The notes beneath the pieces were generated by a model. The model saw nothing but the letters and a program-made list of their open reading frames with translations, searched no databases and was not told the DNA's origin. Below are positions 49,069 through 60,754 of a stretch of 64,000 bases of DNA, piece by piece. A program made the position numbers and the translations under genes. The stretch is from an uncultured Chthonomonadaceae bacterium (GTDB lineage Bacteria > Armatimonadota > Chthonomonadetes > Chthonomonadales > Chthonomonadaceae). Location of the stretch: assembly GCA_963835065.1 (NCBI GenBank), contig CAWIEK010000048.1, forward strand, positions 1-64,000, read 5' to 3'. Positions within the stretch are counted from its first letter, which is position 1; each line of letters opens with the position of its first letter.

Positions 49069-50274
49069 TTAGCGTTGAAGGCGGCGCTTGCGGCGCGCGA
49101 ACCCAACGCCCAACACCCAACATCCAAGCCCCATCGCCGCCATGCTGCCGGGTTCGGGTACGGCCAGCACGAAATAGCTGCCTTGCCCGGAAGCGTTCGT
49201 GCCGTAGCCCAGTATCCGCCCGTCGCTGCTGATACCGAAAACGGCTGAAACCGTCAGGCCCGCGCTTGCCGGCAACAGGTCGTTGATATTGTACAGCGTG
49301 TGGTTCTGGTAGAGAAACGGGAGGGACGCGCCGCTTGCATCTTCAGCCGCGCCGATGACCTGCCCCATATCATTGATGTAAAAGGCGTAGCTGTTGGCCC
49401 CGCCGAACGTGCCGATGTCGTCACCGGGAGTCAGCAGGCCGGTTCCCGAATGGACAAAGGCGTGCATGTCGAAGTTGCCAGGCTGGTACGTGGACGCGCC
49501 GATGATCAGACCCTCGTTGTTGATGCCTGTCGCATAACTGCTGATGGTGTCGTTAAGCGTGCCGAGTGAGCTAAATTGGCCGTTGTGGTACAGAAAAGCC
49601 AGGCTTTCCGTCGCCAGGTTCGCCACTTGCGTATCGCCATATCCCACAACGTCGCCCGCGTCGTTAATGCCGTAAGCCGTTGTCGTGTTGGCGGCATTGG
49701 CAACGCCGTTCAAGTCGGGAATGGTTCCCAAATCCGTCAGAACGCCGTTGTCATAAACAAACGCATGGCTGGTGGTGTAGAAATTGCCCGTGCCGTCGTC
49801 GTACAGCGTATCGCTTGTCCCGGCGATCTGCCCGCGATTGTTGATAGCGTAGGCGTTATTGTTGTAGGTAAGCCCTTGCGAATTCGTCGGGTCTGCCTGT
49901 TCGCCAAGCGTGGGAATCAAGGTAAGGCTGTTACCGACGCTGACAAACGCGCGGGTGTCGAAGTTCGGGTCCAGGCCGTAGCCCGTCAGGACGCCACTGT
50001 TGTTGATGGCATACGGCGTGTTCATCGGAAAGATCGGGTTCAATGTACCGAGCGTAACAAAGTTCTGTCCGTTCGGGCCGCTGCGCACCACATTGCCCTG
50101 CGTGTCCACGCCGTAAATTTGCAGCGCGTCGTTGAAGCCGTACACACTGATATTGGGATCAACGTTAATAAGGGAAAAGCCAAGCTGCTGGGCGCGAACA
50201 GTGGAAGCAGTCAGGCACAGCAGGGCGCTGCCCGCCATAAGCAGAGCGGCGAAGCGCGAGGAAGCAAAAAGCAT
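49069..50274 (-). CDS. PEP-CTERM sorted protein with HAF extracellular repeats
   Basis: Signal peptide, repeated AYAINN.GQ.G / HAF..DLGT units, and C-terminal VPEPGS + TM + RRKRR. Confidence 0.92.
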   Translation of the reverse strand: MLFASSRFAALLMAGSALLCLTASTVRAQQLGFSLINVDPNISVYGFNDALQIYGVDTQGNVVRSGPNGQNFVTLGTLNPIFPMNTPYAINNSGVLTGYGLDPNFDTRAFVSVGNSLTLIPTLGEQADPTNSQGLTYNNNAYAINNRGQIAGTSDTLYDDGTGNFYTTSHAFVYDNGVLTDLGTIPDLNGVANAANTTTAYGINDAGDVVGYGDTQVANLATESLAFLYHNGQFSSLGTLNDTISSYATGINNEGLIIGASTYQPGNFDMHAFVHSGTGLLTPGDDIGTFGGANSYAFYINDMGQVIGAAEDASGASLPFLYQNHTLYNINDLLPASAGLTVSAVFGISSDGRILGYGTNASGQGSYFVLAVPEPGSMAAMGLGCWVLGVGFARRKRRLQR

Positions 50275-50383
50275 TTTGTAGAACTCCTGAAAACGAATAA
50301 AGAAAATTTCCTTGTGTCGCGTCGCAAACATGATAGCACATAACGGAGCGGACGCCTGCTCCTCTATGCCAGAAGTTGACTTT

Positions 50384-51294
50384 TCAGGGATTTTTAACAG
50401 ATTTGGCGGCAACGCGCAGCCAGACAAAGCGGGTATCGCCGTCCGGCAGGTTTTGAATCTGGAACACTTCTTTTGCTTTTGCAGGCGCGGAGGCAAACGC
50501 CTGCCGCACGGCTGCCGCTTGTTCGGGTACGCATCCGGCTTTGACGATCCAGTCGTTGAGCGTGATGGCAACGTCGCCAACAGGACCTTCCAATTCGGCA
50601 ACTATAAGCCCGGCGGCTTCCAATGCCTGCCGCCATTCGCGCGGGGAAAGGTTGCGGACGTGGGAAGGGTCGCGCAGGGCTTCCACACGGTTTTGCCACT
50701 TGGCCGCTTCCATCATGGCGTTTGCAGAGTAATGGGTCGGGTGGCAAGGACGTTTGTAAATTCGAAGTTTCCGCCGTTTTCGCTGTTGGCTTCGGCATTG
50801 CCGTTCGTACCCGCCTCCGTGTCGTTGTCCGGGACACAGGTATCCGCCAGCACAAAGCGCCCGCCCGGTTGCAGTACGCGCCGGACTTCGGATAAAAACT
50901 GCGGAATGGAAAGAAAATGGTGTGGCGCGACCCGGCACGTGACGAGTGAAAACGCCGTGTCCGCGAAGGGCAAGGCTTCCGCCGCGCCTTCCTGCCAACT
51001 GACATTGCCGATACCCTGCGCTTGCTGATACGCCTGCGCCTGCCGCAACATTCCTTCAGAAACGTCCAGTCCGACAACGGAAGCCACATGCGGCGCAAAG
51101 GCCAGCGCGGTAAACCCGGTTCCCGTCGCCACATCCAAAACCGTATCGTCCGGGCGACAGGCGGCGTGATCGAGCATCCAGCGCAGCGTATTTTCCGTCC
51201 AGGTATTCCACTGCGCGTTGTAGTGCGCGGCCTGCCGGTCAAACTGATCCTTTGCGGAGCGCGCGGGCATTTCTGTTGTGTTTGTTTCCATCAT
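50384..51294 (-). CDS. Class I SAM-dependent methyltransferase (one frameshift near 50715)
   Basis: VLDVATGTG, AEALPF, CRVAPHHF and VLQPGG. The C-terminus EALRDPSHVR is in another frame. Confidence 0.88.
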
Positions 51295-51418
51295 GCGTGT
51301 TTGAATCTTTCGTCTTTGAAATTTAGCCCAAGTTCTTTCCTGTAGTATACCTACGTAAGGAAAAGCGTTCTCCTTTAGCGGATAATTCATGCGCCAACCG
51401 CAGCACACTACAGAGACT

Positions 51419-52306
51419 CTATTCGCCCTGCAGGGTTTTACGCGCCATGCGTCGGTAGCCTTCCGCCAGCAAATCGGACATGTTGCGCACATCCTCGGCG
51501 TTGTAGGCCAGCAGAGTTTGCAGGGATTGCTGCCGCCCGGTTCGGTACTCGCGCCACAGGCGTACCGCGTCCCAGCCCGTCAGTCCCGTCGTGGCATTGG
51601 AGCGGGCAATGCCCATCTGCCCTTCGATGTGCTTCAAGCCGCCCCGGTAGCCTAACCGCTTCAGCAGAAAACACAAATCTACGTGCATCTGGCTGAACGG
51701 CAATTGGGGGAACGCGCGGCGCAAAAACGGAATGTCGAAGCCCGTGCCGAAGAACGTCACCAGAATGGCCGCATCCGATACGCTTTCGGGAAAGTCCTGC
51801 AAGTTCTGCCCCTTCACGTACTGCCGCATTTTCCAGCCGTCGTATACTCCCACAACGGTTAAATCGTCCGCCCGCATCCCGCCATTAGTCTCGATGTCCA
51901 CAAACGCCAGTCTGTGCCCGAAGGCCGTCACCGCCCGCCAGTGTTCGCTTTGCGGCAACAGTTCGGCGAACCACGCGAAATCTTCCGCTTCCAGACGGGC
52001 TTTCGACTCTTCGATTGTCGGCGTCAGCAGGGCGCGCTGCGCGCGGGTGAGCGGCCAATGCGTGTCGGGCTGCGCTAAATAACAATCCCAATCGCGCGCC
52101 CCGGCGTCCCACAACTTGCGCTCCGTTGTACGCCCAATAGCCTGCGCATGCAAAAACGTGGACTCCAGCAGGCTCGGCGGCGGAACGGGCGTAGATACCG
52201 TCGGCGCGGACGTAGGAGAAACAGACGGCTGCGAAGTGGAAGCGTTCGGCGTGGAAGAATTCAAGAAGGTTCCTTTATCAAGCGTTGCGCGTTGAGCATT
52301 AAGCAT
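51419..52306 (-). CDS. RNase H-like (YprB/RNase_H_2) exonuclease
   Basis: FVDIETNG, VTFFGTGFDIPFL, GYRGGLKHIE and YNAEDV. The start is uncertain. Confidence 0.88.
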   Translation of the reverse strand: MLNAQRATLDKGTFLNSSTPNASTSQPSVSPTSAPTVSTPVPPPSLLESTFLHAQAIGRTTERKLWDAGARDWDCYLAQPDTHWPLTRAQRALLTPTIEESKARLEAEDFAWFAELLPQSEHWRAVTAFGHRLAFVDIETNGGMRADDLTVVGVYDGWKMRQYVKGQNLQDFPESVSDAAILVTFFGTGFDIPFLRRAFPQLPFSQMHVDLCFLLKRLGYRGGLKHIEGQMGIARSNATTGLTGWDAVRLWREYRTGRQQSLQTLLAYNAEDVRNMSDLLAEGYRRMARKTLQGE

Positions 52307-52539
52307 TGAGGGGCATAATTCTGTTTCCGCGTGAAATGTTGCCCGCGAAGGTGTTATAATGAAGTTATATACGCGGTACGCTCGGCAAATTCCTTGCAGA
52401 TTTTTGGAGTGTGCTGCTTTCGGTCTGGTGTAACAATAACGCTCCGCCTGCGTCCTTATGAAAAGGACATCGGGAAAGTTTTTTTGTTTGCCGCAAGGCT
52501 GATTTTCGTAATAATAATTTCCAAAGGAGAAGTTTGATA

Positions 52540-53340
52540 ATGCTATTTACGCAACGCGCGTTTCACGGGATGCTTCTGCCGTTCGCGCTGATGAGTTTCG
52601 GCGGTATGCTGCTGACGCCCGCCGCGCAGCCGCGCGCCCTCGCCGCGCCGCCCGCAAAACTCAGTTCCAGTCTCAATGATTATATTGTACCCAAGCTGGA
52701 TGATTTCGATACCACGATGGTCGCCACTTATCACGACGATAACGCCGCCCGCAAGATCAATCGAGACATTGGCATGATGTATCAGCTCAAAGGCAATGTG
52801 CGCGTCCGCTACAAGGAAGAGAATAAATTTCGCGCGGACGGGCAACTCGGAGCCGGCAAAGGCAGTCTGATTATCAACGACACCAAACAAGTATTCAGTT
52901 TGGGCGGGCTGGGCAAAGTAAAAAGCGAACTGGGCAAAACGCCGGGCAAGCGCAAATCCCTGCTGGACATGGGCTTGATTTCCGAAGCGTATCTGACTTA
53001 CGCGCAGGGCGAATTTATTGGTGAGCGTCCGTTTGAAGGTACGCAATGCGCCGTCTTCAAGATCACCTACAAAGACCGCAGCCAGGACTCGTCGCATCGC
53101 ATCGTCTGGATTGACCCTAAAACCAAAATCACGCTGAAGCGCGAGGAGTACGCCCAGGACATCAGCGGCGGCAAGCTGCGCTCCATCTGGCTGTACCGCG
53201 ATCCCAAAGAGGTTTCGCCCGGCATCTGGTTCCCGTCGCGCATCGAACTCTTCAACAACGAAAACGAAAAAGCCGGCGTGACCACCTACACCAACACGCA
53301 TGTCAATGTCGGACTGAGTGACGACGTTTTCCGGCTGTAA
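52540..53340 (+). CDS. Outer-membrane lipoprotein-sorting (LolA-like) protein
   Basis: AAGGAG RBS, signal peptide, VWIDPKT, GIWFPSRIE and NVGLSDDVF. Confidence 0.75.
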   Translation: MLFTQRAFHGMLLPFALMSFGGMLLTPAAQPRALAAPPAKLSSSLNDYIVPKLDDFDTTMVATYHDDNAARKINRDIGMMYQLKGNVRVRYKEENKFRADGQLGAGKGSLIINDTKQVFSLGGLGKVKSELGKTPGKRKSLLDMGLISEAYLTYAQGEFIGERPFEGTQCAVFKITYKDRSQDSSHRIVWIDPKTKITLKREEYAQDISGGKLRSIWLYRDPKEVSPGIWFPSRIELFNNENEKAGVTTYTNTHVNVGLSDDVFRL

Positions 53341-53345
53341 CAGTA

Positions 53346-53471
53346 TTAGGTTTCAGGTTTCAGGTGTCAGGTGTCAGGTAAGGACGGCCTGATTGTTTTA
53401 ATTACTGCCGGGCACAAGATGTTAAAATCAGGCTCCTCCTGACACCTGACACCTGAAACCTGAAACCTGAA
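53346..53471. repeat. Heptamer palindrome (GGTTTCA/GGTGTCA)n...(TGACACC/TGAAACC)n
   Basis: Directly visible in the intergenic region. Confidence 0.9.
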
Positions 53472-53486
53472 TTGGGGGGTTATCGT

Positions 53487-54557
53487 ATGGGCAAGCCAGG
53501 CCCTAAGGGCGCATGGGACATCATCAAGAGCATGTCGGTGACGGAAATCGCGCGGGAGGCGAACCGTCCTCTCAGCGTTGCCGTGATTGGCGCGGCGGAG
53601 CGGCGCGAGGAAGTGATTCGCGCCCTGTTTCAGCCGGACACGCAGGCCGTCAGCGGAGATATGCAGGCGGTTCCGGCTATTGCGCCGCCAACCGCTATGC
53701 CGGAGCCGCCGTTTGTGCAGGGCTATGACGCGCTTACGGAAGACGCCAAATTCCCGCGTCAGGCCGGGGTGTACGATTTTGTCATTGATGTGGGCAATGT
53801 CAATCGGCAGGACGCGCCTGCCGGGTTGGTCGTGTATTCCGTTGCCGAGTTGGGCGGGTGGGAAGCCACGCTGGACCGGATTTTGGACGACAAGCCCGCG
53901 CTCGTGATGGCGCTGGCGCGGAATTTTCCCGTATTTCGCCGCCGCGCCGCCCAAAAAATCATTCACGATACGGCCACCGCGAACGCCCAATTTTCCCTTG
54001 TGACCGGCGTTGCCGAAGCGTTTCCCATCCTGCGCGAAATCGGCTTCCCCGGTGTTGTTCTCAGCGATGTGTTTGTCCTGACCAAAAACCAGGCGCTGAT
54101 GACCCTGCGCCTTGCCGCCGCGTATGGCCTGCCGCTGGATTACAAGAGCCGCCTGAAAGAAATCGCGCCCATTCTTGCCAATGCGTTTGGTTGGCGCGCG
54201 GTTGCCCGCGAATTGATCGGCCTGATTCCGGTTGTCGGCTTCCTTGCCAAGCCCGCTATTGCGTATGCGGGCACGGCAACAGTGGGTAAAGCCGCGCAAT
54301 TGTACTACGAGACGGGCGAGCAAGTCACGTCCGCGCAGGCCAAGAAAATCTACAAGGAAGCCTACGAAGTGGGACGAACGCGCGTCCGCGAACTGGCGTC
54401 CGCCATGCGGGGCGGCAAAGGCGGCGGGGGCGGCGGCAGCAAGCGCATCCGCGCGCAGACAGCCTTAACGGCAGAAGACGAACGGTTGCCGATTGCAGCC
54501 GAACGCGAACTTGTCCCCATTGAGGAAGCAGAGCCAACCCCTGCCGTCAGTGAGTAG
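53487..54557 (+). CDS. Conserved hypothetical protein (DUF697-like C-terminal helices)
   Basis: SDVFVLTKNQ.LM..RLAAAYG...GFGWRAVARELIGLIP...AIAYAGT. Confidence 0.75.
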   Translation: MGKPGPKGAWDIIKSMSVTEIAREANRPLSVAVIGAAERREEVIRALFQPDTQAVSGDMQAVPAIAPPTAMPEPPFVQGYDALTEDAKFPRQAGVYDFVIDVGNVNRQDAPAGLVVYSVAELGGWEATLDRILDDKPALVMALARNFPVFRRRAAQKIIHDTATANAQFSLVTGVAEAFPILREIGFPGVVLSDVFVLTKNQALMTLRLAAAYGLPLDYKSRLKEIAPILANAFGWRAVARELIGLIPVVGFLAKPAIAYAGTATVGKAAQLYYETGEQVTSAQAKKIYKEAYEVGRTRVRELASAMRGGKGGGGGGSKRIRAQTALTAEDERLPIAAERELVPIEEAEPTPAVSE

Positions 54558-54617
54558 CACACAATTTTATCACGTTTAGTAGGTTTGGGGAACAGCAATA
54601 ACTGTTGGCCTCCTTGT

Positions 54618-54815
54618 TCAGTAACCCATGTTCAATTCTTGCGCCTGCGCCGTGAGTTCATCCAACACTTCATGACGCAAGGTGTCTATATGCTTTTTGT
54701 ACGCGATTACATCCTCAAGCAAGATACAGCATTGCCCACCCGTCTTGCAGCAGGCGATCTGTCCTTGCTCCAGCAGTCCATTCAGGAAAGGCTGTGACAC
54801 ATTTAGAATTCTCGA
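54618..54815 (-). pseudogene. Excisionase-type HTH (antitoxin-like) remnant
   Basis: LNVSQPFLNGLLEQGQI...LEDVIAYK...LDELTAQAQELNMGY. No convincing N-terminus is present and no PIN partner follows. Confidence 0.6.
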
Positions 54816-54903
54816 CGACTTGTTGAAGCGTGAATTTATCCTTATGAAGGATCGTTGTTTGCTCTGCTGACATAAGTTTTCCTGTGTGCCTATGTTTGCG
54901 CCA

Positions 54904-55186
54904 TCAAGCGTGAAGGGGTACAGCAACGGGCGTGAAATCTTTCAGGATGGTTGAAATATCAGGATGCGTCCAGTCAGTTTCAATTTCTACATCTACCTCT
55001 TCACCCATACACACCTCACGGCGCAGACGCGCCAGCAACGCCGTGTCTGTTACCTGCACCATCTGAGAATGTAATTTCTGTTTGCCATCCGGGCGCGTCA
55101 ACAGTTTGGAAAACGCCAGCAACGGCGGCTCCCCGTCCACAATTCCACGAAACTGAACACGTTCTATCAATGTCTCCGGTTTCATT
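54904..55186 (-). CDS. Hypothetical protein (possible OB-fold)
   Basis: Its start overlaps the upstream stop, and the sequence is beta-strand-rich. Confidence 0.55.
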
Positions 55187-55691
55187 CTGACTTTCTCCCC
55201 CACCTCAACGTCGGCAATCTTTCCGCTAATGGCGGCAGGTCTTCTATCATTTCACCTGTGCCGCCAGTCTCCGTATATCTTTCCCGAAATAAATCGTAAA
55301 CACCTTCTTGATTATAACGCCGCGCCAGCGACAAAGCCAGGCGTTTACTGGTTACAGTCACCAATATATCCAAATACGTTCGCCCTGTTTCCACGTTGAA
55401 CCATGTTCCAATACAGCAACGGGGATCAGAAAGCAATGCCTGATTAGCATTGATAAAGGCGGCAAGCAGTTCCGATGAAATACGTCGGCCTGTAACGATG
55501 CGGCTGCGATCCGGGAAGGCGCTGACAGAGTACAGCCTCTGCTTGAGTTGATTTCCAAAATAAAGGCTGAATGTTGCGCCACCCGCCTGCTCATGGAGTG
55601 CAAGCACTTCTTGAATTACTATGTCTATGCTTATTGGTTCCGGCAAGGAAGTATTGGGAGGTGTCAGATGAGTTTTAAGAGTGGTCGCCAT
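55182..55691 (-). CDS. Hypothetical protein with GTW...YLD...ARRYNQEGVYDL...TGGTG motif
   Basis: GAGGAGG RBS before MATTLK, located immediately downstream of rpoC. Confidence 0.7.
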   Translation of the reverse strand: MATTLKTHLTPPNTSLPEPISIDIVIQEVLALHEQAGGATFSLYFGNQLKQRLYSVSAFPDRSRIVTGRRISSELLAAFINANQALLSDPRCCIGTWFNVETGRTYLDILVTVTSKRLALSLARRYNQEGVYDLFRERYTETGGTGEMIEDLPPLAERLPTLRWGRKSE

Positions 55692-55810
55692 CGCCTCCTC
55701 TTTCACCATACAGCCCTTAATTTCCTGCGAAATGCAGATAGCTACAACCTCACCCAAAAAGAGGAGGGATGAAAAATTCATCCCTCCTCGTTCATCCCTC
55801 ATTCCTGCTC

Positions 55811-58800
55811 TTAAACGTCGTCGCCGTCTTCCATCGTGTCGGCGTCCATTGCGTCAGCGTCCTGGGAGCCGAACTTCAGCGCGGTGTCCAGATCGCTGAG
55901 TTTGCCCATCACTTCCGACATGGTGAGTTCCATGCCGTTTTCCTCACCCGGCCCCGTCAGCGAGCCGAGTTCGATGTCTACCTCCTGGAACCCGTCCATC
56001 GGAAGCGGGATCAGGGCGCGAAGCCGTCCGTCCAAGCAGGGGAACGTCCTCGTCCTCGTCAATGAGCGGCAGGTTCTGCTCGTTTTCGCGCTTGAGCGGT
56101 TCGACGATCAGCGGCGTACCGTCCGGCGTTGCCAGTTCCAGGCTGCGGTACGAAGGCAATCCGGTTCCCGCCGGGATCAGGCGTCCGATGATAACGTTTT
56201 CCTTCAAGCCGACCAGTTCGTCCTTCTTGCCGCGTACAGCGGCTTCGGTCAGGACGCGGGTTGTCTTCTGGAACGACGCTGCCGACAGGAACGACTCGGT
56301 TGCCAGCGACGCCTCGGTAATACCCAGCAGCACCCAGTCGGCTGTGGCTTCCTGGCCCGGCGTTGCCATGTTGCGAACGCGCGTGTTCTCGTCCTCGAAC
56401 ACGAACTTGTCCACGATCTGCCCCGGCAGGAAGCGGCTGTCGCCCGGATGGCGCACTTTGCGCTTGCGCAGCATCTGCCGCACGATCACTTCCACGTGCT
56501 TGTCGTTGATGTCTACGCCCTGTCCCTTGTACACGGATTGAATTTCGCGCACCAGGTATTCCTGAACGCCCCTTGTGCCTTGCAGTTCCAGCACCTTCTG
56601 CGGATCCAGCGGGCCTTCCGTCAGCCGGTCGCCCGGATGCACTTCCTGGCCCTTTTCCACTTCCAGGTCGCCGCGATAAGGAACCATGTACACGCGCCGC
56701 ACCGTGACCGCTTTCATGCCCATTGCCACGATTTTGCGCAGGTGCTTGTCCGTGATCTGCTCGCCCGCGTTGACAAGCGGTTCGCCGCTTTCATCCAGAA
56801 TGTTTTCCGCCGCAATCGCGTCGGTTCCCAATCCCTGATGCGCCAGATGCTCGTTGAGTTCAACGGGCGTATGCAGCACGACGTTGCGCAGCCCCTTGCT
56901 TTCAATGTCGGCCACGACGCCCGAAAGCTCGGTGACAATCGCCTGTCCTTTGGGCTTACGCGCCTCGAACAGTTCCACGACGCGCAGCAGCCCGCCTACC
57001 TGATCTTCCAGCACCTTCAGCACGGCCTGAATCGAGCGGACTTTTTCGCGCTCCGAGCCTTCCGCTTCTTCCAGGCGCACGATACCGGTTTGTATGTCGT
57101 TGTGCAGTTCGCGCAGGTTGTTTTGCCGCTTCTGCTTGACGTTGGCAACGCCCGTTAGCACCGCGCTGGACGCGACGCCGCCCGTATGGAAGGTTCGCAT
57201 CGTCAACTGCGTTCCCGGTTCGCCGATGGACTGCGCGGCAATAATGCCCGTCGCCACGCCAATGTCCACAAGCCGCCCCGTCGCCAGGTCGCGCCCGTAG
57301 CACTTGGCGCACACGCCCTGCCGCAGTTCGCACGTCAGCACGGAGCGTACAACCACGCTCATCGTTGTCGTGATCTGGTAAATGGTTTCGGCGCGGCGAT
57401 ACGTGCCGTCCGCCCGTTTCAGCGCGCCCACCTTGCGTACGCCTTCGGGATTGTCCAGAATGGCCTGCGCTTCGCGGCGGGTCATGGCCGTGCCCCGCGT
57501 GACCGGAATAGTCTGCCCGTCTCGCTCAAACGTGACTTCCTGCCCGCTCAAGGTCACGATATCATCCGTCGCAATGCGAACATCGTCCACGCTGCGCGCC
57601 TCGACATCCATGATGTCTTCATTGGCCGGAACGATCACTTCGCCCGTGATCGGGTTGACCAGGTCTTCGGTCGGGTAGCGGCCTTTCAGACGCTCACTGA
57701 GCGGTTCCAGAACCTCGCCGCCCTCCAGAATCTCCCGAACCGTGACGCCCTGATTGGTTCCGCAGTCAGTGTCGCGCACGATCACGTCCTGCGCCACGTC
57801 CACCAGGCGGCGGGTCAGATACCCGGCGTCTGCGGTGCGCAGGGCGGTGTCGGCCATACCTTTGCGCGCGCCGTGCGTGGACACGAAGAACTCCAGAACG
57901 CTCAAGCCTTCGTGGAAGTTGGACTTGATGGGCAGTTCTTCGATCAGGTTGCCGAACGGGTCGGTCATCAGGCCGCGCATCCCGGACAACTGCGTCACCT
58001 GCTTTTTGGAGCCGCGCGCGCCGGATGTGGTGATGATGTTGATCGGGTTGTACTGCGCGAAGCCTTCCATGATAGCGCCGGCAACGTCTTCCGAAGCGTT
58101 CAGCCACGTCGTCAGCACTTTGGACTTGCGCTCCTGAGCGGACAGCGTACCCCGCGCGTACTGCTGGTTGGTGCGCCGCACGTCGTCTTCCGCCTTGCGG
58201 ATGATCTCGTCGCGCTTGCCGGGAACGTCCATGTCGGTCATGGCAATGGTAATGCCGCCCTTCATGGCGTACTTGAAGCCGATGGCTTTCAGTTCGTCCA
58301 GGAAGTTGATGGTGGCTTCCTTGCCGTGCGTTTCATACACGTCCGATACCACGCCCGATACGCCGGTTTTATTCAGCGTGGCGGTCTTGCCGACAAGATA
58401 CTTGTCCGTATACTTCAGGCGCGAGGGCAAAATCTGGTTGAAGATCAGCCGTCCCGCAGTGGTCAGGTGCGTGGTGTCCAGAATGTTTTCTTTGCTGGAA
58501 TTGCGCACCAGTTTCCAATCGTCGTCCGCTTCGTCCCGTTTGTGGCCGATCACCTCGTTGACCACTTGGGCGTCGGCCTCAAAGCCCAGGCGGTGCGGCA
58601 GGCGGACACTGATGGGTTCATGCAGGTCGAGTTCGCCCAGGCTGTGGGCGAGCATCGCCTCTTCCGGGCTGCTGAACACATAGGCGCGGGGCTTGTTGCC
58701 GGGTTTCAATTCGCGCATCATGGTCAGGTAGAAGCACCCAAGAATGATGTCCTGCACGGGCGCGACAATCGGGCCGCCGTTTGCCGGGCTGAACAGGTTG

Positions 58801-60683
58801 TGCGAACTGAGCATCAGAATACGCGCTTCGGCCTGCGCATACGCCGACAAAGGAACGTGAACCGCCATCTGGTCGCCGTCGAAGTCGGCGTTAAAAGCGT
58901 GGCAGACGAGCGGGTGTACCTGAATCGCCTTGCCATCCACCAATACCGGCTCGAACGCCTGAATACCCAATCGGTGCAGGGTCGGGGCGCGGTTAAGCAG
59001 CACGGGATGCTCGCGGATAACGTCTTCCAGCGCGTCCCACACTTCCGGCTTCATCTTGTCAATCATGCGCTTGGCCGTCTTGATGTTGCCCGTGTACTGG
59101 CGCTCCACGAGCGTTTTCATTACGAACGGCTTGAACAGTTCCAGCGCCATTTCTTTGGGCAGGCCGCACTGGTGCAGTTTCAAGTGGGGGCCGACCACGA
59201 TGACGGAACGCCCGGAATAGTCCACGCGCTTGCCCAACAGGTTCTTGCGGAAACGGCCTTCCTTGCCCTTGAGCATGTCGGAAAGCGATTTCAGGGCGCG
59301 GTTGTTGGAGCCGACGACCGGGCGGGTACGCCGTCCGTTGTCAATCAGCGCGTCAACGGCTTCCTGAAGCAGCCGCTTTTCGTGGTTGACAATGGACTCG
59401 GGCGCCCGAATCTCGGTAATCTTCTTCAAGCGGTTGTTGCGGTTGATGATGCGCCGGTACAGGTCGTTCAGGTCGGACGTGGCGAAGCGCCCGCCGTCTA
59501 ACTGCACCATAGGCCGCAGTTCGGGCGAAATCACGGGAACCGCATCCAGAATCATCCATTCGGGGCGGGCTTTGGACGCGATAAACGCTTCGCTGATTTC
59601 CAGTCGCTTGATGGCGCGAATCTTCTTGGGACCCTGCGTGTTCTGCACTTCCTGCTTGAGTTCGCGGCTCAGTTTGTCCATGTCAATCTCAAGCAGCAGT
59701 TCTTTGATGGCCGCGCCGCCCAAACCGGCCTTGACGACTTCGCTGTAATCCACGTCCAGGCGGCGGCTGATAACGTCGCTCAGGCGCTCGATAGCCCGGA
59801 ACTGGTCTTCCGAAATCAACTGCCGCTTTTCGATTTTTTCCAGCAGGGTCAGGCTTGCGGCCAGTTCGTCAATCCGCTCCTGCGCGTCTTTTTCTTCCTG
59901 CTTGATGCGCTCGATGAGATAGGCATGCTTTTGGGCAACCGTTTCATCGTCCCAGTATTCCAGTTCGCCGTAGCCTTCCTCATCCAGAAACGCTTCCGGG
60001 TCCAGATCGTCGGCTTCCAGGTCGTCTTCTTCTTCCCCAACCAGTTCCAGCGGAGCCTTGCCGTTGGACGCTGCCGCAGGCGCGACAACGGGCGCTTCCT
60101 CGCCTTCCGGCGGGGGCGGCGGCACGGACTGGTGTTCCTTGACTTCCTTGTTGAACTCGCGGGTGAGGCGTTCCTCAATGCCCGCCTTCTCCTCCATGAT
60201 TTCTTCGGTTTCTTCCTGCACGGCGGAGCGGATGTCGGTCAGGTCAGCGTTGATACGCGCCCGATCCACCTGCGTCACGATGTAGGACGCGAAGTACAGC
60301 ACTTTTTCCAGCGGGCGCGGCGAAATATCCAGAATCAGGGCGAGCGGACTCGGTACGCCCTTGAGATACCAGATATGGCACACGGGCGCGGCCAGTTCGA
60401 TATGTCCCATGCGTTCGCGGCGCACCTTGCTGCGCGTCACCTCGACGCCGCAGCGGTCACACACGATGCCCTTGAATTTCACTTTTTTGTAGCGTCCGCA
60501 ATGACACTCCCAGTCCTTCACGGGGCCGAAGATGCGCTCGCAAAACAGGCCGTCGCGTTCGGGCTTGAAAGTGCGGTAGTTGATGGTTTCAGGCTTCTTC
60601 ACTTCGCCATACGACCACGAGCGTATCTCGTCGGGGGAGGCAATACCGATGCGAATTTTACTAAACATGCTGGCGTCAGCCAT
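55811..60683 (-). CDS. rpoC: DNA-directed RNA polymerase subunit beta' (frameshift near the C-terminus, probably an error)
   Basis: [34 protein letters not shown] and SAASFQ. The acidic tail continues in the 55811..56062 frame. Confidence 0.97.
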
Positions 60684-60754
60684 AATCGCTTATCCTCCAC
60701 AAAATTCCCGGCAGCCAGTTTCGCGCCTGCCGGGCAGCTAACAGACAAACTGAT

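Noticed and set aside
52425..52460. TGTAAC-N16-CGTC ECF-like promoter before the LolA-like gene
   Set aside because: It is a single instance with different boxes and spacing from the AAC-N18-GTCTA motif, so it cannot be supported from sequence alone.
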